Origin: Nonlabens ponticola
GTDB taxonomy: Bacteria; Bacteroidota; Bacteroidia; Flavobacteriales; Flavobacteriaceae
Assembly (NCBI RefSeq): GCF_003966335.1
Contig: NZ_CP034549.1
Location: 630,001-662,000, forward strand
DNA length: 32,000 nucleotides
Direction: 5' to 3'
Shown here: positions 1 through 8,846 of the stretch, in pieces
How positions within the stretch are numbered: the first letter of the stretch is position 1
Layout: each line of letters opens with the position of its first letter
Translations under genes and position numbers: made by a program
Notes under the pieces: model-generated
Databases searched by the model: none
Told to the model about the DNA's origin: nothing
Seen by the model: only the letters and a program-made list of their open reading frames with translations

Positions 1-393
1 GTCAGACCCTTTCTTAGCAAAATCATTTGCTTTTTTACCTATGGTCATGTAGGATACGGCAACACCATTAAGCTCCTCTTGATTAAGGCGTATCAACTCT
101 TTAATAATATTTGAGTTAAATGCACCAGCAAGACCACGGTTCGAGGAAATGGCAACAACAAGCGCCTTGTTTACCTCGCGCTGCTCTGCATACTTCGATC
201 CAGCATCACCTTCCATGGAAGCACTTACGTTCTGTAAAAGCTCAGTAAGTTTATCAGAATACGGTCGCATCGCAGTGATCGCATCTTGCGCTTTCTTCAG
301 CTTTGCAGCACTCACCATCTTCATTGCAGATGTGATCTGCATCGTTGATGATACTGAGGTAATTCTGTTACGTATTTCCTTAAGATTAGCCAT
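1..393 (-). CDS. atpG: F0F1 ATP synthase gamma subunit, N-terminal 131 codons; the gene runs off the left edge of the window
   Basis: The reverse complement of 1..393 reads MANLKEIRNRITSVSSTMQITSAMKMVSAAKLKKAQDAITAMRPY..., a typical AtpG N-terminus, with ATG at 393..391. It lies directly downstream of atpA in the canonical order. It is absent from the ORF track because it has no stop codon in the window. Confidence 0.9.
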   Translation of the reverse strand, partial: MANLKEIRNRITSVSSTMQITSAMKMVSAAKLKKAQDAITAMRPYSDKLTELLQNVSASMEGDAGSKYAEQREVNKALVVAISSNRGLAGAFNSNIIKELIRLNQEELNGVAVSYMTIGKKANDFAKKGSD

Positions 394-461
394 TTTATTG
401 TGATTAGAGTATGGAGCATAGAATATAGAAGTCCATATTCTATGCTCTAAAATCTATTTTC

Positions 462-2036
462 TTAATACCTACTAGAAAGATCCTTAGCAACTGATGTCAA
501 AGTATCTATAACTTCATCAGTTAGTTTTCCAGCTTTGAGAGTATCTAAAGCACCTCTATGCTTTGCATCCAGTAATTCAAGGTAGTCTCTTTCAAATTCT
601 TTTACCTTATCAATCGGCACGTTGCGTAATAGATTCTTTGAACCAGCATAGATAATCGCTACTTGATTTTCTACTGGGTAAGGGTTGTTTTGTGCTTGTT
701 TCAAGATCTCCACATTGCGACGACCTTTCTCAATAACGCCTAAAGTCGCAGCATCTAGATCAGATCCAAATTTTGCGAAAGCTTCCAGTTCACGGAATGC
801 CGCCTGGTCAAGCTTTAGCGTACCAGATACTTTCTTCATCGACTTGATCTGTGCAGATCCACCTACACGAGATACTGATATACCAACATTAATAGCTGGA
901 CGTACACCAGAGTTAAACAAGTCACCGTCTAGGAATATCTGTCCGTCAGTAATCGAGATTACATTTGTTGGGATATAAGCGGATACGTCACCAGCCTGTG
1001 TCTCAATAATAGGCAATGCCGTTAAGGAACCACCACCTTTAACGATAGGTTTCAAACTATCTGGTAAGTCGTTCATCTCCTTAGCGATTTCATCATCCGC
1101 AATCACCTTTGCTGCGCGCTCTAATAATCTTGAGTGTAGATAGAAAACGTCACCTGGATACGCCTCGCGTCCTGGTGGACGACGTAGCAATAGGGACACC
1201 TCACGGTAAGCAACCGCTTGCTTAGACAAATCATCATAAACGATCAATGCTGGACGACCCGTATCACGGAAGTACTCACCAATCGCTGCACCAGCAAACG
1301 GTGCATAAACCTGCATAGGTGCAGGATCAGATGCGTTTGCAGCAACGATAGTTGTATAAGCTAGAGCACCAGCTTCTTCCAGCACCTTAGCGATGTTTGC
1401 AACAGTTGACGCCTTTTGTCCTATGGCAACATAGATACAGTAAACAGGCTCACCTGCGTCATAAAATTCTTTTTGATTGATAATAGTATCAATACACACG
1501 GTAGACTTACCAGTCTGACGGTCACCGATTACAAGCTCACGCTGTCCACGACCTACAGGAATCATTGCGTCAATCGCCTTGATACCTGTTTGCATTGGCT
1601 CATTTACTGGTTGACGGAAGATTACACCTGGCGCTTTACGCTCCAGCGGCATCTCATACAAGTCACCTTCAATCGCACCTTTACCATCAATAGGTTCTCC
1701 TAGCGTGTTAACTACACGTCCTACGATACCTTCACCTACTTTGAGAGATGCAATACGCTGCGTGCGCTTCACCGTATCACCTTCTTTGATCTCAATTGAG
1801 GATCCTAGAAGTACCACACCTACATTATCTTCTTCAAGGTTCAATACGATACCTTCCATACCACTCTCAAAAGAAACAAGTTCTCCATATTGTGCGTTAG
1901 AAAGACCATAAACACGTGCGATACCATCACCTACGGTAAGAACGGTTCCCACTTCATCAAGCGATGCGGTCGCATCAAAACCTGATAGTTGTTGCTTAAG
2001 TATTGCAGATACTTCTGCTGGATTTACTTCTGCCAT
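462..2036 (-). CDS. atpA: F0F1 ATP synthase alpha subunit
   Basis: 524 aa with Walker A GDRQTGKS and characteristic alpha-subunit motifs ([21 protein letters not shown]). Confidence 0.98.
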   Translation of the reverse strand: MAEVNPAEVSAILKQQLSGFDATASLDEVGTVLTVGDGIARVYGLSNAQYGELVSFESGMEGIVLNLEEDNVGVVLLGSSIEIKEGDTVKRTQRIASLKVGEGIVGRVVNTLGEPIDGKGAIEGDLYEMPLERKAPGVIFRQPVNEPMQTGIKAIDAMIPVGRGQRELVIGDRQTGKSTVCIDTIINQKEFYDAGEPVYCIYVAIGQKASTVANIAKVLEEAGALAYTTIVAANASDPAPMQVYAPFAGAAIGEYFRDTGRPALIVYDDLSKQAVAYREVSLLLRRPPGREAYPGDVFYLHSRLLERAAKVIADDEIAKEMNDLPDSLKPIVKGGGSLTALPIIETQAGDVSAYIPTNVISITDGQIFLDGDLFNSGVRPAINVGISVSRVGGSAQIKSMKKVSGTLKLDQAAFRELEAFAKFGSDLDAATLGVIEKGRRNVEILKQAQNNPYPVENQVAIIYAGSKNLLRNVPIDKVKEFERDYLELLDAKHRGALDTLKAGKLTDEVIDTLTSVAKDLSSRY

Positions 2037-2096
2037 GTTATTGTATTTATTCTATTACTGTGGTCTTTAAAAGGACCGTTGTGTTTTTATTATTCT

Positions 2097-2116
2097 GCTT
2101 TCGCGAAAGCGTAATC
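2097..2116. repeat. palindromic repeat copy 1 (exact core GCTTTCGCGAAAGC + right arm GTAATC)
   Basis: tattct-GCTTTCGCGAAAGC-gtaatc. Intergenic, between atpH and atpA. Confidence 0.9.
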
Positions 2117-2126
2117 TCTTCAATCT

Positions 2127-2660
2127 TTACTGCGCGAACTCTCTTTTTAACTCTCCAAGAGTTGCCTGCACGCTAGCATTAATTTCTTTATCGCCTACTC
2201 TTAATATAAAGCCACCCAAGATGCTAGGATCGATCTTCTTCTCCAATGTAACTTCCTTACCAGCTAGAGTTCTTGCCTTTTCAAGCACTTTGGTTTCAAG
2301 TTGCGGTGTGATTTCTACTGCTGTAGTTACCGTTGCGATCTCTCGCTTGTTCATCTCTTCAAAGAGAATGTTATACTTCATGGCAACATCCTGTAAGATA
2401 TCAGCACGATTGTTATCTACAATAAGATCAAAAGCACCCATCGTGATACCGTTAGAATCCTTGAAGATTTGTCTTAGCGCACCACGCTTTTGATCACTCT
2501 TGATCAACGGACTTTGTAAGAATTGACGCAATTCTTTATTCTTGTGAACTGTTACCAGGACACTTTTCATGTCTTCATTGACTGCACTAGCCTCATTTTT
2601 CTCAACCGCTAGGTCAAGAATGGCTTTGGCATATCGTGAAGCAGCTCTGGATAGTTTCAT
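2127..2660 (-). CDS. atpH: F0F1 ATP synthase delta (OSCP) subunit
   Basis: 177 aa, sitting between atpF and atpA. OSCP-like sequence (RYAKAILDLA..., GGFILRVGDKEINASV). Confidence 0.85.
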   Translation of the reverse strand: MKLSRAASRYAKAILDLAVEKNEASAVNEDMKSVLVTVHKNKELRQFLQSPLIKSDQKRGALRQIFKDSNGITMGAFDLIVDNNRADILQDVAMKYNILFEEMNKREIATVTTAVEITPQLETKVLEKARTLAGKEVTLEKKIDPSILGGFILRVGDKEINASVQATLGELKREFAQ

Positions 2661-2663
2661 AGT

Positions 2664-3158
2664 CTAGATATTTGCGTCTGCAAGCATTTTATCGATCAAG
2701 GCTAGTTGAGCATCTTTTTCTGATAGCTCCTTGCGAGTAACTTTCTCTGCGATATCAACCGAAAGTTCAGCAACTTGTGACTTGATGTCTGCTAGTGCCG
2801 CTTTCTTTTCTGCCTGAATAGTTTCTTGAGCGCTTGCAATGATCTTATCTGCCTTAGCTTGCGCTTGATCAGCAGCTTCACCAATCATCTTTTCTTTTAT
2901 CTCACGCGCTTCTTTGAGCATAGCATCACGCTGTGCACGCGCTTCTTGAGCTGCTGCCTCGTTAGATGCTTCAAGTTTTGCCATTTCTAGCTTAGCGCGC
3001 TCTGCACTAGCCAGTGCGTTTGCGATACCATCTTCACGCTCATTTAGTGCGTTTAGGATAGGTTTCCATGCAAATTTTCCTAGCAACAAGATCAAGATGA
3101 TCAATATGATCGCTTGCATGAAGAATAAGCCTGGCGAAAAATCTTCTAGTAAATTCAT
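2664..3158 (-). CDS. atpF: F0F1 ATP synthase subunit b
   Basis: 164 aa with a single N-terminal TM helix followed by a long charged Ala/Glu/Lys-rich helix. Operon position fits. Confidence 0.85.
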   Translation of the reverse strand: MNLLEDFSPGLFFMQAIILIILILLLGKFAWKPILNALNEREDGIANALASAERAKLEMAKLEASNEAAAQEARAQRDAMLKEAREIKEKMIGEAADQAQAKADKIIASAQETIQAEKKAALADIKSQVAELSVDIAEKVTRKELSEKDAQLALIDKMLADANI

Positions 3159-3191
3159 GTGTTTACTTTAAAGTAATAATTTTTAATTTTT

Positions 3192-3239
3192 AAAAAACGC
3201 GTCCTGCAACCAACCGTTGCAGGAATTGCGTTTCTTTTT
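3192..3239 (-). terminator. intrinsic-terminator-like hairpin between atpE and atpF (probable attenuator or mRNA-stabilising stem)
   Basis: 9-bp stem TCCTGCAAC (3202..3210) / GTTGCAGGA (3216..3224) with a 5-nt loop. On the minus-strand transcript it is followed by a U6 run (A-run at 3192..3197). Confidence 0.5.
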
Positions 3240-3247
3240 GTTCTGGA

Positions 3248-3436
3248 TTACTTACCTAGGATAAGTGCACCAAATGCCAGTCCTTCAAGAAGTGCACCGA
3301 TGATGATCATCGCAGTTTGGATTTTTCCAGCTGCTTCAGGTTGACGAGCGATAGCTTCCATCGCTTTTCCACCTATTTGACCAAGACCGATACCACCACC
3401 GATAACGATAAGACCTGCTCCAATTAAATTATACAT
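3248..3436 (-). CDS. atpE: F0F1 ATP synthase subunit c
   Basis: 62-aa Gly-rich two-helix hairpin protein with the loop motif ARQPE and a conserved carboxylate in helix 2 (LLEGLAF). Confidence 0.9.
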   Translation of the reverse strand: MYNLIGAGLIVIGGGIGLGQIGGKAMEAIARQPEAAGKIQTAMIIIGALLEGLAFGALILGK

Positions 3437-3453
3437 AACAATCGATTTAAAAA

Positions 3454-4659
3454 TTAAACAAAACGTTCTCTTACATCTTCAACACTTGCCTGCTCTGGAT
3501 CTGGCTCCAGTTCGTGATGGTGATCATGTTCTGCAACAGCCATACCTATAAATAGGGCAGATAGCATAGTGAAGATATAGGCCTGTAAAAAGGCTACTAA
3601 TAATTCTATTACTGATATAAATAAGGTAAGGAAAACTGATAATCCAGTAGATCCTATGGCTCCAAATTGAGCCTTCAATGTGATCATCAAAGCGATCAAA
3701 CTCATTACAACAAAGTGACCAGCGGTAATATTTGCAAACAAACGTATCAAGAGTGAGAAAGGCTTGGTAAATATTCCCAACACCTCGATTGGGATCAAAG
3801 CGATTTTCATCAAGACAGGTACATCTGGCATCCAGAAGATATGCTTCCAGTAGTCTGCATTTGCACTAAACTGTACGATGAAAAACGTAAATAAAGCAAG
3901 ACATACCGTCACCGCTATTTGTCCAGTGATATTAAAACCAAATGGTGTAAGGCCCATTAAATTGGCGATCCATATAAGGAAGAAAACTGTCAATAGGTAT
4001 CCCATAAACTTGCGATACTTTGCCTCACCTATATTAGGTCTAGCAATCTCATCACGTACATAAATCACTAGAGGCTCAAGAATACGTCCAAAACCAGTTG
4101 GTATATCTTTTTTCTTATACTGTCTAGCAAGACCACCAAAAACGATGAGCAGAAGTACACCTATAAATATTAAACCAAAAACAGACTTGGTAATTGAAAA
4201 GTCCAACACGCGTGCTGCGTTAGTTGGGTGATGCTCCTCATCAAAATTGATACTAGTTGCACCATCTTCTAATTCGTAAATCTTACTGTGCAGTTTGATA
4301 AGGGTAACACCATCTGCATCTACCTTTACCTCACCAGTATCATCATGGTGAAATTTTGAAGATAAAAAGGTGCGTAAACCTTCACTAGTCCATACAATCA
4401 CAGGCAATGACATACCAACATGTTCACGCACGCCAGCATCATTAGTATAGGAAAAAAGGTGAAAATCATGAGTATCCTGCAAGTGGTGCTGTATATATTC
4501 CTTAATCTCACCATCAGTATTGATGCGACCACCATCGTTGTCCATGACTTCTTCATGAGCAGGACCATCCTCATGATCTAGAAGTTCTTGCGCTGCTACT
4601 AAAGTGCAGCTGAGAAACATAAAAGATAAAAAGGCAGCTTTTAAATATGCTTGAAACAT
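3454..4659 (-). CDS. atpB: F0F1 ATP synthase subunit a, with a long N-terminal extension and a His-rich C-terminal tail
   Basis: 401 aa. The C-terminal half is polytopic and carries the subunit-a Arg motif (LRLFANITAGH). Operon position fits. Confidence 0.9.
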   Translation of the reverse strand: MFQAYLKAAFLSFMFLSCTLVAAQELLDHEDGPAHEEVMDNDGGRINTDGEIKEYIQHHLQDTHDFHLFSYTNDAGVREHVGMSLPVIVWTSEGLRTFLSSKFHHDDTGEVKVDADGVTLIKLHSKIYELEDGATSINFDEEHHPTNAARVLDFSITKSVFGLIFIGVLLLIVFGGLARQYKKKDIPTGFGRILEPLVIYVRDEIARPNIGEAKYRKFMGYLLTVFFLIWIANLMGLTPFGFNITGQIAVTVCLALFTFFIVQFSANADYWKHIFWMPDVPVLMKIALIPIEVLGIFTKPFSLLIRLFANITAGHFVVMSLIALMITLKAQFGAIGSTGLSVFLTLFISVIELLVAFLQAYIFTMLSALFIGMAVAEHDHHHELEPDPEQASVEDVRERFV

Positions 4660-4698
4660 GTAATTTACCTTAAAAAGTTAGGTCTTTTAATTCGGGTG

Positions 4699-4706
4699 CA
4701 AATGTA
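4699..4706 (-). promoter_or_regulatory. candidate Bacteroidota -7 box (TAcaTTTG) upstream of atpB
   Basis: The reverse complement of caaatgta matches TAnnTTTG, 40 nt upstream of the atpB ATG. I found no convincing -33 TTG. Confidence 0.4.
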
Positions 4707-4765
4707 TGACAAAAAACAATCTTAAAATAGCTGTTTTACTATTGAATTTGCAGGGAAGATTTTGG

Positions 4766-4790
4766 GGATTACGCTTTCGCGAAAGCTAAC
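4766..4790. repeat. palindromic repeat copy 2 (GGATTAC + exact core)
   Basis: ggattac-GCTTTCGCGAAAGC-taac. Intergenic, upstream of atpB. Confidence 0.9.
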
Positions 4791-4794
4791 ACAA

Positions 4795-5160
4795 TCAATT
4801 CTTATTGAGCCATTTAATGACGATGCCTACTTCTACAAATAGAAAGATAAAATAAGGAGCTATAAAACCTAAAAGTTGACGTTTTGATAGCGCTGGATCC
4901 TCGGCAATCAATTCTGGAAATAAAACGAGCGCGGCGCCACACTTTATAAATATGGCCGCTAGAAATGCATACCCCAATTTATCTGGCACATAGGCATGAG
5001 TGAATTTTAAAGCGCTAACTGTTAGAAATGTAGCCAAACCTAGAAAAAGATAGATCCTTAAAGGTGATATCGCTGGATTATCTACATACCAGTCGTGTAC
5101 AAAATACGCGATAAGGCAGCATACTAGGATGACTATAAATGTCTGGAGATAAAATTTCAT
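4795..5160 (-). CDS. small polytopic membrane protein at the head of the atp operon (AtpI/AtpZ-like position); function unknown
   Basis: 121 aa with about 4 hydrophobic helices. Co-directional with atpB and 135 nt upstream of it. Confidence 0.6.
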   Translation of the reverse strand: MKFYLQTFIVILVCCLIAYFVHDWYVDNPAISPLRIYLFLGLATFLTVSALKFTHAYVPDKLGYAFLAAIFIKCGAALVLFPELIAEDPALSKRQLLGFIAPYFIFLFVEVGIVIKWLNKN

Positions 5161-5197
5161 GGATCTAATTTACAGTCAGTTTGTTGCAAATAACCCA

Positions 5198-5587
5198 TTA
5201 AGCAGACTTACCTGCGTTGCGGTCGCGTATAGACTTAACATTTGACTGCATGGTACAAGAGGCGTTGAATGTTGCACCTGGCTCAACAGCCAGTTTATCT
5301 ATTACCACATCACCTTCTATAACGGCAGTGGATTTGAGTGTGAGTAAACCTGATACCACTAGATTTCCTTTGAAAGTTCCTTCAATATCGGCACTTTGAC
5401 ATTCTAGGGTACCTTCAATCTTGCCATCTTTACCTATAACGACTTTAGATGGCGACTTGAGTGTTCCTTTAATCTCGCCATCTATTCTAAAACCGCTGTC
5501 GCTGGTAACATCGCCTTGAATTACAGTTCCATGACCTATACGATTTTGAGAATTCCCAGTGTCGGTTTGGTTTTTAGAATTTTTCAT
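5198..5587 (-). CDS. bactofilin-family polymer-forming cytoskeletal protein
   Basis: 129 aa with repetitive beta-helix-like periodicity (VIQGDVTSDSGFRIDGEIKGTL...KVVIGKDGKIEGTLEC...ADIEGTFKGNLVV...LTLKSTAVIEGDVVIDKLAVEPGATF), typical of bactofilin/DUF583. Confidence 0.85.
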   Translation of the reverse strand: MKNSKNQTDTGNSQNRIGHGTVIQGDVTSDSGFRIDGEIKGTLKSPSKVVIGKDGKIEGTLECQSADIEGTFKGNLVVSGLLTLKSTAVIEGDVVIDKLAVEPGATFNASCTMQSNVKSIRDRNAGKSA

Positions 5588-5597
5588 CCGGTTGGTT

Positions 5598-8207
5598 TTA
5601 AGGGGTTTGTTGCTGGTAGTCGTTTAGGCTCTTGTAAACCTGCACGATCTTATAATTATCGGTTGCAATAACGGTAAATTCTTGAGGTAGTGAAGATATG
5701 CGGTTAGGAGTTGCTAGATATTCTGCAAGCTCAGCAGCATTTTCTTTATCCTTAAAATTGTGAAGCACTACCAGACTTGTTTCTGCTGTATAGACATCAA
5801 TGGAAAAAGTGATGCCATTGCCTATGCTTTTAAATTCTTCTACCATCTTTACCGCAATGTCCTGACGCAAGTTGCTATCACCAGCTGGAATCTCAAAAAG
5901 AACCTTGAAATTTTCTAGCCTGTCCTCAGGTAAGAAAGTATCAGGAATACGTAAACGTTCTGCACTGGCAGATAGTTCCGCTGCTTTCTCTGCTTCTTCA
6001 GTTCCTGGGTAATTAAGGGCTATGAAATCTAGGCCTTCCTTATAAGCTTTTAAACCATACAATCTTCCAGAAGCGTACGTCTTGAGCAATTCTAGTTTTG
6101 GAACTATGGGATCGCCGCTGTAGCTTATAATTTTCTCATTGGCTTCTTCTATTACTTGTGCAAATTGCTCATTCTCATACTTTCTATACAAATCTGCATA
6201 CACACTTTCTGGACTACCAGTGCGATCCAGTTGTGTTTGTGGATTGAGCAGGATTTGTGCATATCGAGAATCAGGATATCTTGATATGATGGTGTTTTTG
6301 TATTGTTCCGCTTTCGCGAAAGCATAATCGCCACCAGCATTATCTACTCCTAACAGGTATAGGTTGTATAGAGTAGGTAAGTATAATTTTTGCTCTGGTT
6401 CAAAAGTAAGTAGCGTCTCAAATCGATCAATGGCTAGATCGCTGCGCTTGAATTTCTCCTTATATAAAACACCCAATTGATAGTAGGCAAAATCGCGAGC
6501 ATCTGCGATACTATCAAGCGCGACATCGCCTTGAGGCAACTGCTGCATATAATAGGATGCTAGATATTCTGGTGGTGTCTCGCTGCTGGATGCATCTGCA
6601 ATGTCGCTATCTTCATTCTCTTGCAATGCACTGCGCTGACTGTCCAGTCTCCAGTTTTCTTCCAGCGTGCGGTTGCCCCATCGACTACGGAATTCCAACT
6701 TACCTCTTGCCACGGTAGTAGGTACATAAAAATAGAACGAGCCTTGACCGCGTGATCCTATATCGTCAACAGTATTGGCTGGCGGCCCAAGATTGCGTCC
6801 ACCTGGCACATTTGCAGGAATGGTAGAAAGCGCCGTTTGCTGCTGCGCTAGGTTTGCTTCTTCAATCGCAGCCTGCTCTGCCAGCTGGCGATCACGTTCT
6901 TTAATGGTTTCAATATACTCATTATAGTAGGCTTCTCGCTCTATATCGCTCATGGCGAGAACTGCCAGTAGGCTATCAGCACTGCGGCGATTGGATTCGA
7001 ATAAAATGATATCTGATAGGTTATCGCGCTTTTTAGTCGTGGCACGTTTTTCTCGAGAGCGATCTGCATACAAGGCTACCGCGCTGTCATAATATCTGCC
7101 GGCTTGCTCAAATCTAGCCTGGTTAAAACTGATGGCGCCTAGCGCGCTATAATTATTTGCTCTTAAATAGCTATCGCGATTAGGCTCTCTCAATGATTGA
7201 TTATAGGCGACAACTGCGGCATCAACACTATCAATGCCTTCATAAAAAATGGCCTTGCGAGAATAGATTAAATCCAACCACGGTCTGTTCTCGCGATTTT
7301 GCTCTAGATCGTTGAGTAGATAGAATAATTGAGCGTCGCTCATTTCTAGCGTATCGCGCAACTTGATTTTTTCTATAAATGCCTGAACGTAATAATCACG
7401 TGGTATTTTACGGTGTAAATCGATCACCTCGTCAAAGTGTACAATAGCGCTATCTCGCATTCCAGCACGAGCAAAAAGTTGTCCTGTGATGAACTTGTAA
7501 CGACCTTCAGTAGCACGGTCTTTTGTTCTATCGGCAGCGCGGTTCATGTAGATGATGGCACTATCGATTTTATTGACGTTGAGATATGCTTGACCTAGCG
7601 TGGCGTTTGCTAGGATGAGATCTTCCTTATCAAACTCAATGCTGTCCTTGAGAGCGACGAGTTCTTGAAGATTCTCTATCGCTATCTCATTGTTGTCTAG
7701 GCGCATGTTGGTTTTTTCTCGCCAGATGCGAGCGCGTTTGCTCTTATCAGCGTCTGGCATGAATTGCAGCACATAGTTAAATGCCTCAATCGCCTCGACA
7801 TAACGCTGGTCATAATAGCGAGCCTTGCCCAACAACATGTAAGCCTCATCAATCTGCGGATTGCGCTCTTCACCATCAATAAGCATGGTGTGTTTTTGTA
7901 CGGCCTTTATGGCTTTTTCTTCTGCTCTTGCAAAATTTGGGTCGGATTCATCTGGATTGGCAATCTTGATTTCTTCACTGAAGGCAAGTGGTTCTACTGG
8001 AAGAATATCCCAGTAATTGTCGACGAAGTTGGTTCTTATGCCTTCCAGACCTTCTTGCAGGGCAAGATTACCGTTATAAAGTGTATTGAATTCTGTATTG
8101 ACAGCATGATAGTTACGAGAAAGGAAAGAATCGCTTTTACGGCTGCAACTCGCTAGGACGACTAGCGCGAGTAATAAAACGGTACTTATGGAAAAGAGGT
8201 GTTTCAA
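5598..8207 (-). CDS. large TPR-repeat lipoprotein; possibly a SprE/PorW-like gliding-motility/T9SS component (from memory, unverified)
   Basis: 869 aa with a lipoprotein signal (LLALVVLASC) and multiple TPR-like helices. Size and N-terminal FLSRNYHAVNTEFNTLYNG resemble what I recall of SprE. Contains palindrome copy 3, in frame. Confidence 0.8.
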   Translation of the reverse strand: MKHLFSISTVLLLALVVLASCSRKSDSFLSRNYHAVNTEFNTLYNGNLALQEGLEGIRTNFVDNYWDILPVEPLAFSEEIKIANPDESDPNFARAEEKAIKAVQKHTMLIDGEERNPQIDEAYMLLGKARYYDQRYVEAIEAFNYVLQFMPDADKSKRARIWREKTNMRLDNNEIAIENLQELVALKDSIEFDKEDLILANATLGQAYLNVNKIDSAIIYMNRAADRTKDRATEGRYKFITGQLFARAGMRDSAIVHFDEVIDLHRKIPRDYYVQAFIEKIKLRDTLEMSDAQLFYLLNDLEQNRENRPWLDLIYSRKAIFYEGIDSVDAAVVAYNQSLREPNRDSYLRANNYSALGAISFNQARFEQAGRYYDSAVALYADRSREKRATTKKRDNLSDIILFESNRRSADSLLAVLAMSDIEREAYYNEYIETIKERDRQLAEQAAIEEANLAQQQTALSTIPANVPGGRNLGPPANTVDDIGSRGQGSFYFYVPTTVARGKLEFRSRWGNRTLEENWRLDSQRSALQENEDSDIADASSSETPPEYLASYYMQQLPQGDVALDSIADARDFAYYQLGVLYKEKFKRSDLAIDRFETLLTFEPEQKLYLPTLYNLYLLGVDNAGGDYAFAKAEQYKNTIISRYPDSRYAQILLNPQTQLDRTGSPESVYADLYRKYENEQFAQVIEEANEKIISYSGDPIVPKLELLKTYASGRLYGLKAYKEGLDFIALNYPGTEEAEKAAELSASAERLRIPDTFLPEDRLENFKVLFEIPAGDSNLRQDIAVKMVEEFKSIGNGITFSIDVYTAETSLVVLHNFKDKENAAELAEYLATPNRISSLPQEFTVIATDNYKIVQVYKSLNDYQQQTP
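6306..6329. repeat. palindromic repeat copy 3 (exact core), inside the TPR lipoprotein CDS
   Basis: On the coding strand: gattat-GCTTTCGCGAAAGC-ggaac, which encodes DYAFAKAEQ. Confidence 0.9.
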
Positions 8208-8267
8208 AAAAGGCTGCTTTTACTAGCTATCATAACTATTCTCACGGCATGATATTGTAAGAACCCA

Positions 8268-8275
8268 CAAAAATA
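8268..8275 (-). promoter_or_regulatory. candidate -7 box (TAttTTTG) upstream of the TPR lipoprotein gene
   Basis: The reverse complement of caaaaata matches TAnnTTTG, 61 nt upstream of the ATG at 8207. Confidence 0.35.
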
Positions 8276-8329
8276 AGGAATATTCCCATAGACAATAATC
8301 CATGCAGATTGAACGCCTACCACGACAAA

Positions 8330-8563
8330 TTAATCAAGCCAATAAACGCGAGGTGAAAAGAAACTTTTTAATCCATGACGTTTGCCCGATTGATGCATCG
8401 CACTATAAGGATGAGGCGATAGTACAGCAGCAAGAATTAGAGGTAGGATGGTGGTCCATACATCAGGAGTAGAAACTACCTGCAGTCCAGCATATCTCGT
8501 GAGGAAAAATATAGCGGCAAAACATATAAAGTAAATAGTAAAAGCCTTGATTCGAGCGCTCAT
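8330..8563 (-). CDS. small 2-TM membrane protein, paralog B of a tandem pair
   Basis: 77 aa. 33/77 residues are identical in a gapless alignment with the upstream 77-aa ORF, and the two share the C-terminal motif SGKRxGLKSxFSPxxYWxD. Confidence 0.6.
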   Translation of the reverse strand: MSARIKAFTIYFICFAAIFFLTRYAGLQVVSTPDVWTTILPLILAAVLSPHPYSAMHQSGKRHGLKSFFSPRVYWLD

Positions 8564-8612
8564 TTTAAATAAGTCCTAATTAAAATCATGGATTGAACTT
8601 AAGTAAACAACA

Positions 8613-8846
8613 TCAATCAAACCAGTAGATCTTAGGCGAAAACAGGCTTTTGAGTCCATAACGTTTTCCCGAGACAGTTTCTTCAATATGCGGTTTAGGC
8701 GATACGATCATTGCCACGGCAATAGGAATAAAAGTTGTCCAGAAAGTAGGCTCAGTAAAGAATCCAACAGTGATATAATGGGTAATTACAAATACCCCAA
8801 GAAAACAAATAAGATAAACACCAAAGGTCTTGTATTTAGGTGCCAT
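8613..8846 (-). CDS. small 2-TM membrane protein, paralog A of a tandem pair; start overlaps the ABC ATPase stop
   Basis: 77 aa. On the coding strand a TAATG junction joins it to the upstream ABC ATPase, suggesting translational coupling. Confidence 0.65.
   Translation of the reverse strand: MAPKYKTFGVYLICFLGVFVITHYITVGFFTEPTFWTTFIPIAVAMIVSPKPHIEETVSGKRYGLKSLFSPKIYWFD

Noticed and set aside
149-403. 84-aa plus-strand ORF from the ORF track
   Set aside because: It lies entirely antisense to a clear atpG N-terminus (minus strand, 393..1) and has low-complexity, non-homologous-looking sequence. It is a shadow ORF.
770-792. Half-site GCTTTCGC in atpA (encodes EAFAKFG)
   Set aside because: Only the left half matches, and the peptide ELEAFAxFGSDLD is a universally conserved AtpA motif. 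I did not treat it as a repeat copy.
685-1911. Plus-strand ORFs 685..978, 1416..1703 and 1705..1911
   Set aside because: All are antisense within atpA, whose identity is unambiguous. The same reasoning applies to the other short antisense or out-of-frame ORFs in the track (for example 2221..2493, 3878..4063, 5217..5399, 6139..6340, 7697..8156, 9242..9445, 9833..10039, 11266..11514, 12423..12674, 12828..13016, 13438..13809, 14015..14197, 14647..15294, 16896..17162, 18138..18413, 20420..20777, 21765..21983, 23060..23242, 24036..24335, 24768..24977, 25084..25284, 26221..26454, 27444..27947, 28522..28725, 28880..29334, 29562..29789).
8277-8286. 10-bp palindrome GGAATATTCC downstream of the small membrane-protein genes
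   Set aside because: It is too short, has no loop that would allow a stable hairpin, is AT-rich, and has no adjacent T-run. It is not convincing as a terminator or operator.
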